Positions 1-10,908 of a stretch of 35,093 nt of DNA are shown one piece after another. Numbering within the stretch: position 1 is the first letter of the stretch; every line of letters starts with the position of its first letter. The notes beneath the pieces were generated by a model. That model saw nothing but the letters and a program-made list of their open reading frames with translations, was not told the origin of the DNA and did no database searches. The position numbers and the translations under genes are program-made. Location of the stretch: the NCBI RefSeq assembly GCF_000315625.1, contig NW_005434572.1, positions 1 to 35,093 of the forward strand. Direction: 5' to 3'. This stretch comes from Guillardia theta CCMP2712 (taxonomy: Eukaryota; Protista; Cryptophyta).

Positions 1-262
1 TGGAGGAGGAGGAGGAGAATAGAGACCAGAAACTGTGTAACAGCGATGCTCTGCTCTCCTGGAGATCCGCTTGCGTTCTGTTGGAAGAATCTGCGATGGA
101 GGAGGAGATGCGATATCTTCCCCGCCAGCTCCACGGGCTCCCAGTCCAGCTGGAGGAGCGAGGCGAGGAGCTGCACCTCGCAGAGTGAGGGAGCAGAAGA
201 AGCAGAGAAGCAGCGGTCTTGAGGGAGAGACCAAAGAGGAGGAGTGAGGAGGAAGTGGAGCA

Positions 263-302
<40 letters not shown>

Positions 303-309
303 GTGATGG

Positions 310-344
<35 letters not shown>

Positions 345-917
345 CCGACGACAACGACGACGATGGTATGATGGTCATGACGATGATGATGGTCATGAAT
401 AGAGGAGGAGGAGTATCTCACTCGCAAGGCTCGCTTGAATTCGATGAAGCTCATCTCGTTTGCGTCTGTATTCTCCTCCTTGGACGACGAGATCGCCTTG
501 CGAAAGAGAGATGTCGCCTCCTCTGCTCGAGCTGTCATGGCGAGCGAGGCAAAAAGATGCAAGAAAAAGTGAAAGAGGATAAAGAGTAGCAAGAGAATCC
601 GGTTTGGGGGGGGGGGGAGAGGAGTGTGGAGGAGGAAGATTTGGAGGAGGAGGAGGAGGAGGAGAACCTTTGGTCAGGCGAGCAGGAAGAAGCTTTAGCA
701 CGCGAAGGAAGTGGAACCACTCGGAAAGGTCCATGCTGACCGCGCGATAGTCGAGACTCTACGAGGAGGGTCAAGGAATTGACAAGAACGACAAGGAGGG
801 AGAAGAAGAGCAGGTGGTTGAGAACGATAGTTGGTAGGAGCGTTGATGAGGACAAGGACAAGGAGAAGATGAAGACAGCAATGGAAGGAGGAGGAGGAGG
901 AGATGCTGCTGCTGCAG

Positions 918-996
<79 letters not shown>

Positions 997-1486
997 GCGG
1001 TGAAACATGGCAGCACCTTGATTACGTTCTTGCGAACGTCATCCTGCAGGTTGGCGAAGCGAAGGAAGGAGAAGGAGTCTAGCGAGACTGCCTGGAGGAC
1101 CTCGACGTACCAGCGACTCTCAGGGTCTCCCGGCACGAAGGTCCGGACATGCTCGTGCTCAGAAGGGACGGAGAGGACGGCAGTACCCCAGTGAAGCTGC
1201 AGCCTCCCGCGGTCTGAGAGCTTGAAGTGCGCGAGGAGAGAGACGAGGGTCGGAGACTCTCCTCCTGACTCGAAACGTCAGCCTAGGTGGAGGAGGAGTT
1301 GGAGAAGATGGAAGAGGAGGAGGAGGGGAAGGAGGAGGAGGAGGGGAAGGAGGAGGGGAAGGAAGAGGAGGAGGAGGAGTTGGAGCTCACGGGCAGTCAA
1401 GGAGTTTGCGATCAGCTCGTTTACAGCTTTCGAAGCTGCGAGGACCTGAAGGACATGAGGGGCAAACAGGAGCGGAAGACAGGAAG

Positions 1487-1572
<86 letters not shown>

Positions 1573-2702
1573 GGAGGAGGAGGAAGAGGAGGAGGAGGAG
1601 GTGGTGGTGGAGGAGGAGGAGGAGGGAGAGGGAGAGGAGGTGAGGACCTTGTCTCGTTCGTGCATGGAAATGACGCAGCCCTTGCCGTAAGCGAGGAAGT
1701 CAGTTCCTCCAATCTGCGGGATCCTCTCCTGCTCCTTGTTTCTTGTCGCAGCTCTCAGGTCAGCGAAGAGACTCGCGCGGCTGTCCATCATGCTGGGAGA
1801 AGAAACCCCTCGCTGCTGCTCGTCGAGACTGTCTGACGCCCTCCGCAAGTCCTTGAGGATGTTGGCGCGCTGAGTGTGAGAGTCGACGAACTCGTAGTTG
1901 AGGTGGATGATGCTTGAGATTCGCTTCTCCCGCATCCTCCCGTCCTTCCCCTTCACTTTGGAGCAAAAGTGCGACAGAGCTGCAAGCTCCGACTCGCATC
2001 GGATGATGATGGTGTTGGACGTCTTGCTCCATTGGCACTCGAGGACCCCCTGGCCGACCAGCCGCGGGTCAGGAGGAGGGTTCTTGACCCAAGGCAGCAG
2101 CTCCCGCAGCTCTCCGCTCACATACTGCTGGATGATGCCGGTGAAGTGGGTGGTGAACGCCTGCTACACGTCAGCTCCACCTCCTCCGCAGCCTGCGCCT
2201 ACCGCCTTGACGAGCTTGCTAAAGGCAAACTCCTCCAGGTTCCTCCTTTGAGTCGTGAAGATGCCGTCGTTCCCTTCCTGAGTCACCAGCAGGATGGCGA
2301 CATACTGGCCAGGGTGACTGTGGAGAGGTAAGGGAGAAGGGAGGACGAAGGCGAGGAGGAGGCTGACCTCAACTTCAAGAACTCGTCGATCACGTTCTTT
2401 TTGGTCAGGTTTGCCTTCCTCTTCTTCTTGATCTCACCATTCTGACTGAAGTACCAGCTCTGCAGGTGCCCGCCCTTGAAGATGACGGTGTGCGGGATGC
2501 TTAGGGAGACGCTGCTTGTGCCATGCAAGGTTTGAGCCTCCAAGGGCGCGTCGTGGGCGTCGGAGGGAGAGAGGTCGGCGAGAGAGGGCTGGTCGAGACC
2601 TGACTCGATGCTCCTCCTCCCTCCTCTCGCCCTCCTCTCTCGGCTCCTCCTCCTCGACCCCTCCCACAGCAGCTCCAGGAGTTCCTCCCACTGTATGTAC
2701 AT
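1..2702 (-). CDS. Multi-exon uncharacterised protein (3' end at or beyond window edge); N-terminal conserved flagellate-type domain and C-terminal EF-hand/p25alpha-like segments
   Basis: ATG at 2702 (MYIQWEELL...). Exons joined by GT-AG introns (e.g. 2367-2318) give IPHTVIFKGGHLQSWYFSQNGEIKKKRKANL, GIIQQY, VLECQWSK, AHFKLSDRGRLQLHWGT, then MDLSEWFHFLRVLKLLPARLTK and EMSFIEFKRALR. Introns are filled with (GAT)n/(GCT)n/(GAG)n. Confidence 0.7.
264..345. repeat. (GAT)n microsatellite, intronic
   Basis: Visible tandem GAT triplets with a few GGT variants. Confidence 0.95.
904..995. repeat. Compound (GCT)n-(GAT)n microsatellite, intronic
   Basis: Direct reading. Confidence 0.95.
1488..1572. repeat. 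(GAT)n microsatellite, about 28 units, intronic
   Basis: Direct reading. Confidence 0.95.
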
Positions 2703-2852
2703 GGCGCTGTCCGTTAACAAATGTACTAGGGGTGGGGTGATACCCCCCACCCTCATGCTAGACAGAAATCGATCTGTAATAGCTACTGAAGGGGTGGTGA
2801 GGTCATGGGGTAGGGTGGAGAGAACGAGCGATCACTTTGACAAGTTGCGAAA
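2703..2852. promoter_or_regulatory. Putative bidirectional promoter with GGGGT[A/G] motifs and a GGGTGGGG/CCCCACCC inverted pair
   Basis: 150-bp spacer between divergent ATGs (2702 minus, 2853 plus); inverted arms at 2730-2737 and 2745-2752. Confidence 0.55.
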
Positions 2853-4058
2853 ATGAGCAAATCGAACGTGGCGTTCGACACGCTCATGAGGTGAGAGAGG
2901 AGGAGGAGGAGAGGAGAAGGAGAGGAGAAGGAGAGGAGAAGGAGAGGAGAAGGAGAAGGAGAGAAGGAGAGGAGAAGGAGGAGGAGGAGGAGAAGGAGGA
3001 GGAGGAGGAGGAGGAGAGGATGAGAGGGAGAGGGAGAGGATGAGAGGAGGTGGTGGGAAGCAGCGGAGCCGAGGAAGGGCGGGGGGAGGGCGGCTGCTGA
3101 CCCCGTGAACTGCAGGGCTCGTGAGGAGGCTCGTAGAGCTGAATCCGAGCAGCGCATCGCAGCTCGAGAGCTCCGCATAAAGTTGCAGGCGGAGAGCGAG
3201 AGGAAGATGAAGGAGTCGCTGGAACGAGATCAAACGATCCTGACCAGGAGGACGCAGGCACACATAGAGAAGGAGCGAGAAGATAACCAGAGGTAAGCCT
3301 TCGCCCCTTGTGCCGCTCTAACTCGCCGGCCGTCGCAGAATCGTCGAGAGGCTCACCAACCGATATGCCCGCGTGATGAAGCAAGACCCGCGAGGAGCAG
3401 GAGAGATTCGCGTCAGCCGGAGAGAGGAGAGCAAGGAGAGCATGCAGGAGACGGATCGAGTGAAGAGGATGATAGAGAAGCGACTTCAACCTGCTGTCGA
3501 GAAGAAGTCCAACGCACAGCTCGCGGCAGAATACAGAAAGAGAGCAGAAGCCAAGGCAAAGCTCAGGAAGGAGGAGGAGGAGGCGGCGAGGGCGGCGGAG
3601 GAGGAAGCGTTTCTTGACAGGATAAGGAATTTTGAGCTCTTTCCCGCTCCCTCCCACAGGCCGAGATCTCGCAGCCCTTCCAGCCGAACACCAGCGACCT
3701 TACAAGGTGAGACAGCGGGGAGGAGGAGGAGGAGGAGAGAGGGGAGAGGAGAGAGGGGAGAGGATTTCTCAGGTTGTCTCAGGTGGGCAGAGTGCCAAGA
3801 GCTCACAGTCGGCGAGGTCAGTGACCAATGTATCGGAGACGGTGAGAACATCTGAGAGGGGAAGGGAAGGGAAGGGAGGAGGAGGAGGAGGAGGAGGGAT
3901 GGGAGGAGAAGCAGCAGCAGCACGAGGGTTCGGGTACATTTCTGACACGATGAGGCAGGAGAGTGAAGCCGCTGAGCGACAGCAACACGAGCATGACGTC
4001 TGGCAGTTCTCTCATACGGTAACAACGTTCAACACCAACCCCCTACACACCCTTGTCT

Positions 4059-4106
<48 letters not shown>

Positions 4107-5491
4107 CCTTCATCTCTTCCTTCTCCCTCTCCTTTCTTGCGACTTCTTTCTCTCTGACGCTCGGTCTAAGGTGAGGGAAGCCATGATCAACGCCAAGCTT
4201 CCCGTGCTGAACCTGCGCGGCATGCTGTGGGCGGGCGACTCTTTCATCGGCCGCGCGTACAAGAACCTGGACCGCATCCAGATGAATTGCCCGCTCATGA
4301 TGGACGCCTCCTCCGCCCTGTTCCTCCTCGCCGACGGCCATCACTCCATACGTGCATGTGAACACGTGTGTAATCAGGTGAGAGGAGGACGAGGAGGACG
4401 AGGAGGACAAACTGGTGCTGGTGGTTGTGAGTTGAAGACGAGGAGCAGATGGCGGCGTGCATCGGCAAGAGGACAACAAGAATAGGGAAGAACATCAGCA
4501 AGGAGACGGTGGAGGCGCTCAAGCAGGGAATTCTGGACTGCGATGACATGTATACGAAAGACCCGACCTCCCCAAGTACGACAAGGTCGGCAGCGGCTGC
4601 GCCGTCCTCCTCCTCTTCCTCCGACTAGGGACACTTTACTGCGCCAACCTCGGAAGCAACAGAGCTGTTCTGTGCTCTGGAACTGACGCTGAAGTAAGGA
4701 AGTCCAACCGCCTCAACCTCCGTCCTCCTCTTTCATCTCCTCCTGCTCCTCCTGCTCCTGCTCCTCCTGCTCCTGCTCCTGCTCCTGCTCCTCCTGCTCC
4801 TCCTCCTCCATCTTCGCCTTCTCCACCTTCTCCTGGCATCTCGTCCTCGTGCAGTCTTGTGTCTTTCCTCTCGCTCAGCCTCTTCTCTCAGGATCTCTCG
4901 AGGGACCACGTGGTCTGGAACCCGCTAGAGAAGAAGAGGATCAGCTACACCCGAGCTGAAATCCGCGACAACCAGCTGACCTTCTTCGACGAGGAGACAA
5001 GAAAAGAATTCACAGCTCCAGTCACCCGAGGGTGACGAGCAACCTGCTCCTGCTCCTCCTGCTCCTCCTGCTCCTCCTCGTCCTCCTCTTTCTCCATCTC
5101 TTTCTTCTCCTTCTCCCTGTGCTTGTCCTCCTCCCTCTCTTCTCCTCTCCTCCTTCTTTTCCTCCTCCTCCTCCTCCCCTCCATGTGCTCATCCTTCGCC
5201 TCTTGCTTGCCCTCTCTTCGTCATGCTGCTGCTCACACTCTGACATGCTGCTGCAGCATTGGGTTCGCGCGACTGAAACAATCGGGGGGATGACGAATCG
5301 TCCGGAGATCAGCGAGCACGAGCTGACACGCAAAGATCGCTTCCTCGTCGTTGCATCGCGCGGCCTCTGGTCAGTCATGAGCAGTCAGGAGGTTGTGGAT
5401 CAAGTGAGGGAGATGCTCATTGAGGTGACGCCTCCTCCTCCAGCTTCAGCCTCTCCTCCTCCTCCAGTTTCAGCCTCTCCTCCTCCTCCTC

Positions 5492-5539
<48 letters not shown>

Positions 5540-6316
5540 TTCCTCCTACTACTCATACTACTACTCCTACTCTCACTCTTACTCCTCCTCCTCCTCCTAC
5601 ACTCCTCCTAATCCTCCTCCTCCTTCTACTTGTCCTACTCATACTCATTCTCTCACTCACTACTACTCCTCCTCCTCCCCTACCTCCTCCTTCCTCCTCC
5701 TACTCCTCCTCCTCCTCCTCCTCCTCCTCCTCCTCCTCCTCCTCCTCCTCCTCCTACTTCTCCTCCTGCTTGTTCCTGTTCTCTTCGGTTCTACTCCTGC
5801 CGTCCCTTCACTTCTCTTCGTTGCCTCCTTTGACTTTCTCCTGCAGTGGCCGAGCCGCGTGGACTCGACAGCCTGCAAGGCCGTCTGCTCGATGCTGTGC
5901 GAGCTCGCCATGGAAAAGGCTCGGAGGAGAACATCAGCATAATCCTTGTGCGAACCTCCTGCTGCTCCTGCTCTTCCTCTTGTAGCTATTGCTTCCTCTC
6001 CTTACCTCCCCTTCAGATTATCTTTGACGACGTGGCTGAGCTCGGCCTTCGCGATCTCTACGAGAAGAAGGCCAAGACTGCGAGCTACTCGCAGAAGCTG
6101 AAGGTCTCGGACAACCTGCTCCTACCCTCTTCCTGCCAGTCTCTCTTCCCCACCACGTCTTCCTCTCTCTTCTCCATCCCTCTCCCTTGGTCTCGGCATG
6201 CCTTGTCGCTGGTTCATCCTGTCCTCATCCTCACGCTCTTGCAGGACATCAACCTCCGCCGCGGGGATCTCACTCCTTCCCACCACCACGAGCAAGGGAT
6301 CGACGCTCTCGACTGA
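2853..6316 (+). CDS. Coiled-coil N-terminus plus PP2C/PPM-family phosphatase domain with degenerate active site (probable pseudophosphatase); two apparent frame breaks
   Basis: PPM motifs occur in order across exons: GRAYKNLD, LFLLADGHHS, GSGCAVLLLFLRLGTLYCANLGSNRAVL, LSRDH...EKKRI, VTRGIGF, PEISEHELTRKDRFLVVASRGLWSVMSSQEVVD, SEENISIIL. Stop at 6314-6316. Confidence 0.8.
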
Positions 6317-6526
6317 CCTCCGACCTCCCATGTCCCTGCTCTCTCTCTCTCCCATGTCCCTGCTCTCTCGCTCTTTCCTGTTGCATCTCCTCTGTTTCTA
6401 CGCTCCTCCTTCCTCTCTCCTCTGTTTCCTCTCTCTACCCTTCTCTCGCTGTCTGACACTCGTTGCGCATGTCGATAAAGTATTCGAGCGAGCAACAGGG
6501 AGAAGATGATGAAAGCGAGGGGCACA

Positions 6527-6900
6527 ATCACCATCACCAGCACCAGCACCATCACCAGCACCAGCACCATCACCAGCACTAGCACCAGCACCAGCACCAG
6601 CACCATCACCAGCACCAGCACCAGCACCAGCATCAGCACCAGCACCAGCACCAGCACCAGCACCAGCACCAGCACAAGCACAAGCACAAGCACCAGCACC
6701 ATCACCAGCACCAGCACCATCACCAGCACTAGCACCAGCACCAGCACCAGCATCATCACCAGCACCAGCACCAGCACCAGCACCAGCACCAGCACCAGCA
6801 CAAGCACAGGCACCAGCACCATCATCAGCATCATCACAAGCACCAGCACCAGCACCAGCACCAGCACCAGCACCAGCACAAGCACTAGCACCAGCACTAC
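6527..6900. repeat. (CACCAG)n hexamer satellite with CACCAT/CACAAG/CACTAG variants
   Basis: About 370 bp of tandem hexamers between the PP2C-like stop and the thioredoxin gene. Confidence 0.95.
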
Positions 6901-7051
6901 TAGGCTAGCACAAGCGTTGTTACTACAAGTAACAACAGTTTGAGGGGGGCCTGCTTTAGCAAGGGACTCGAGAAATGCAGACTTGGGTAGGGGCGCGGGG
7001 GAAGGGAGAGGAGGGGGCGAGGGCGAGGGGGGAGGGGGGAAGGGAGGAGGT

Positions 7052-7975
7052 GATGGGGACAGTGGGAGGTCTCAGTTGGCTGCTCCTCGCTAGTCTGATC
7101 GCCTGGTTCGTCGCTGTTGAACGACCGAAGCTGGAGGGGCTGCAGGAGGTGAGACGACTGGCGGTGGAGATGCAGGGGAAGGTCCATGATCTCTCTGAGG
7201 AGGTGAGAAGAGAGAGGAGGGAAGAGGGAGGCAGCTTGCATCAGATGCTGAACATCTTCAGGTTCAGAAGCTGAGAGGGGAAGCGACAGGTCGAGACGTA
7301 GCCATCCGCGAGCTGCATGAGAAGCTGGAGAGGCGGGTGAGCCGCTGGCAGGAGGGGGTGGAGGAGAAGCTTGCTTCCTCCAAGCTCATCGTCCAAGACT
7401 TACAACGGCAGCTGGAGAGCGACAAGGCTGGAGGAGGAGAGAGGGAAGCCTCCCTGCGAGCGGCACTGGGGAGGCTGGAGGAGCATGTGCGGCAAGTCAC
7501 AAGAGCATTCGAGGAGCTGCGGGAGGACGTGAAGAGCTCGGAGAGGCTTGACGAGGCCTTCGCTCGCTTGCAGCAGTCTCAAGGCGCCGCGCAAGGGGAG
7601 GAGAGAGGACAGCAGGACATGCAGGAAGCAACGGGAGGACGAAGGCGGGGACAAGAAGCGACAGGAGGTCTGGTGGAGGTGCGGGCAGGAGACTGGGAGA
7701 GGATGAAGAAGGAGGGCGACACCTGGGTCGTCATGTTCTACTCGCCCTGGTGCGAGCGGTGCGCAAGCATCGCCCCCTCCTTCCAGCAGGCTGCCCTGCA
7801 GGCTCCCGTCCACTTCGCGCGCATCGATGCAGCTGAGCATCCGGAGGTGGCAGAGGAGGAGGAGGTGCGAGAGTTTCCAACCATCCGCAAGTGGGCGAGA
7901 GGACGAGTGATCGACGTGCTCGAGGAGGAGGCGAATGTGCGAAACCTGGTCGCCTTCGCCAAGAAGGAGAAGTGA
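7052..7975 (+). CDS. Signal/anchor, coiled coil and C-terminal thioredoxin (PDI-like) domain, active site WCERC
   Basis: MGTVGGLSWLLLASLIAWFVAV hydrophobic N-terminus; intron 7203-7261 restores frame with ORF 7337-7975; TWVVMFYSPWCERCASIAPSF...FARIDA...EFPTI (cis-Pro loop). Confidence 0.85.
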
Positions 7976-8060
7976 GGAGGAGAAATGCGAGTAGACGTGA
8001 AGGGAGGTAAGCGAAGAGGGCGAGGGACGATGGAGATGTCATGCTTGAGCTTTAATCGAG

Positions 8061-10448
8061 TTATGCGTGTTGGGGGTTGGGTTGGATCGAGATCCACTGG
8101 TTGTTCTGGTTGATCTTGAACGGCTGCCAGCCCGTCAGTCTCTCCACTCCCTCTCCCTCTACCCTCCCCCCCCCCCCTCCCCCTCCCCTCTACCTGCACA
8201 GCCACCGTCCGCTTGTCCGCCGCTAAGATCGTCCAGTATTCATTTGCTGCTCGCGTGTCAGGCTCGAGCGCTAGATAGAAACCAGGGGAAGGGTATGCGT
8301 AAGAGAGGGAGATGAGGAGGGTCAAGGAGGAGAGGAAAGAGGCAGTGGCAGAGGAGGAGGTGGAGAAGGAATCGAGGAGCATGAGGGGAGGGGCAGGAGC
8401 AGGAGGAGAGAGAGCTAGAGGTACCGAAGGCCTGCTGGCGGGTCACGCCGTTGGGCTTGATCTCGTTGTAAACGTGCATGACGCCGTCGGAGCTCTGAAA
8501 CCCGAAGAACAATTTGTCGGGGGTCTTGTTGTCCGCGAAGATCCACACGATGGGGTAGCCCTTGGCGGAGGCCTTGGACGGCAGGAACTGCTTGTCGTTG
8601 TACACGTACGGGATGTTACCGACTGCCCCGGGAAGAGCTGCAGGAGGGTCAGGCCTGCGAGGCAGCAGCTTCTAGAGCACCGGCTGGGTTCGCGGGAGGA
8701 GCATCTTGCACGGAGCCAGACTGCGCGCCGGCCTGGGACTCAGTCACAAGAGGCGCGACATCACACGGGGAGAACCTGCTGCAGCTGAGGCTGAGAGGCG
8801 AAGGCAGGAGGAGCCTGCGGCAGAGCTGCGGAGGTCTCAGTGAGAGAAACAGATAGCAAAGCCTCACTTCCTGCCGACTGTTGCTGCGCTGGCTGGTAGG
8901 AGAACTGCGCCGTGCTCAGCTGCCCTTGGACAGGCTACCAGGAACAAGTCAAGGAGGGGAAGGCCGGTAGTGGGAGAGGTGAAGGCACCTGGGGTGGAGG
9001 CTGCCAGGCGAACTGCTGCTGAGAGTTTGCCGGGTAAGACGCTTGAGCAGGTTGCACGTTCAGCCCCGGCTGGGTCTGAGGCACATAGGAGAACATGGCT
9101 CCTGACTGCTGAAGGGCAACAGGCCCTCCTCCCCACCCGGCGTCCGACCCCTCGTCCATGAGCATCAACGACTGAGGAGAAGACCGGAGTCCGCCTGAGA
9201 GCGCTATGCTCTTACGCTTCACCCGCTCCTTGGCCGCATTGAGGTCACGGTCACGCTGCACGAGGGACTTCTTGTCGGACTGCCGGAGGTTCTGCCAGGT
9301 GTGAAGGTTGGAGGCGATCTTTGACAGCGTCGCTTCCACTTGGTGGTGGTCGGTCTTGCTGTCGTCCAGCAGCTCCTCAAGCGAGTCGTACTTCTTGTGC
9401 GCAGCTTTGAGGGCTGCCACGTCACGGAGAAGGTTCGCGCGAGCATTGAGCTCCTGTCCCTTGGCGAATCGCTCTCTCGCCAGCAGAAGGTCGTTGTGCA
9501 TCCTCGCCTTGTCCTTGTGCATCTCTCGCTTCGTTGCCGCCACCCGCTTACGGAAGAGTCGAGCCTTCGCCGCGAGCTGCTCCACTGTCTTCTTGTCTTC
9601 CTCCTCCTGCGCGCGAGCTCCTCTAGCAATTGCCTTGCGGGTATGCAGGCGTGCTTGTGCGTCACGCAAGACAGAGAGGTCGCCAGCTTTAGCAGCGTTG
9701 GTGACGTCATGCCTGGCCTCCAGTACTTTGGTCTCTCTGTCGTGAAGAGCAAGGATACTGTCGCGCTCGACGTGCCTCGCCTCTCGCAACTTCCTCTCTT
9801 CACTTCTCGCTAGGTGATGATCCTTCCGCAGCTGCTTGGACAGCTTCGCCATCGCTTGCTGTAGGTCATGGACCTGATGGAAGCAAAGATCAGACGCCTT
9901 CTAGCACAGACAACAAGCCAAAAAGCACTCCATGGAGAACGTTACCAGGCATGGAGGATGAATGCAGAGAGGAGGAAAGGAGAAATGAGGGGAGGGCGAC
10001 AGGAGGGGAAGAGAAAGGACCAAGAGGAGTGGTGGAAAGAATGAATGCAAACATACTATGATAATACTGTGACAACCCAAACATCACCAACCTGATCTTT
10101 GATCTCCCGCGATTTTTTGATCGCCTCGTTTGCGAGCATATTCTCTGCATCAACTTTGGAGCCACTTGAAATCATGAGCTTCTTTGTTTCTACATCCTTA
10201 AGCTTCTTCGCGCTGCTCGCCTGCTTGTCTGCTGCTGCCGCCAACTGTGACAGCTCACGGAGACTGCTGGCGTCTTTCTGTGCAATGGTTCGCTCGAGCA
10301 GCAGCGCCTTCTCCAGGTGTCGCTCCGCATGTCTGTGGTGGTTGGAGAGGAGAGCCAGAGCATCGTCAGAGGAGGAGGCCAGGAGCACCAGCGCCATCAT
10401 CGTCACCCCCACCCCGACCGCCGCCAGCGCCGCCCTCTTGTCCACCAT
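8061..10448 (-). CDS. Secreted or membrane-anchored long coiled-coil protein with Gln/Pro linker and an unrecognised aromatic-rich C-terminal domain
   Basis: MVDKRAALAAVGVGVTMMALVLLASS N-terminus; exons 10448-~10092 and ~9872-8989 (coiled coil); later exons GYPIVWIFADNKTPDKLFFGF, GFYLALEPDTRAANEYWTIL, PFKINQNNQWISIQPNPQHA; TAA at 8063-8061. Some internal splice phases are unresolved. Confidence 0.7.
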
Positions 10449-10908
10449 GATCCCCTGCCAGCCTGAGCAAAGCCAGGAGGGTAGGATAGACCAAACACAT
10501 TCTGAGGGGTAGGGTAGTCAATTATGAAGGGGTAGTGATGAAACCGAAGTCCAAACATAAGGCGAATTCCAAATTTTCAGGGGGACGACAAGATAAAAAT
10601 AGCACCTTGAAGCATCTAGAGAGCAAACCTGTAATGTACAGGGTAGGGTGATTAAAGTGGTTGGTGGGGGTGTCTCTTCTGGAGGTGGGGGTAGTGCGAG
10701 GGTTGGTCACCAAGGAAGGTCGAAGAGACACGTTAACTGAAAATAACTAGGAGTACCCACCCTATTAATTAGTGGTCAATTAGGGGGTAGAAATGGTAAA
10801 TTGAGGGGTAGGTTCAATATATTGAGGTACGGGTGCATTACCCCATAGATTAGGGGTGGGGTGGGCACGGGAGTATGCAAGGGGGTGGGGTGGGAAAGTC
10901 GGGTGACG
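10449..10908. promoter_or_regulatory. Putative bidirectional promoter, rich in GGGGTA/GGGTAG/GGGGTG motifs
   Basis: Lies between divergent ATGs (10448 minus, 10909 plus); many GGGGT[A/G] and TACCC words. Confidence 0.55.

Noticed and set aside
368-1836. Poly-M/D/H/I/Q/A ORFs in the ORF track
   Set aside because: They are read-throughs of intronic microsatellites in all frames.
6214-6943. Poly-TS mucin-like ORF (+) or poly-LV ORF (-)
   Set aside because: Both are translations of the (CACCAG)n satellite with no flanking coding support.
7961-7975. KKEK as a dilysine ER-retrieval signal
   Set aside because: It would need a cytosolic tail after a C-terminal transmembrane helix, and none is present.
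10861-10908. GTG-initiated N-terminal extension of CCDC93
   Set aside because: Artefact of alternative starts in the ORF track; homology begins at ATG 10909.
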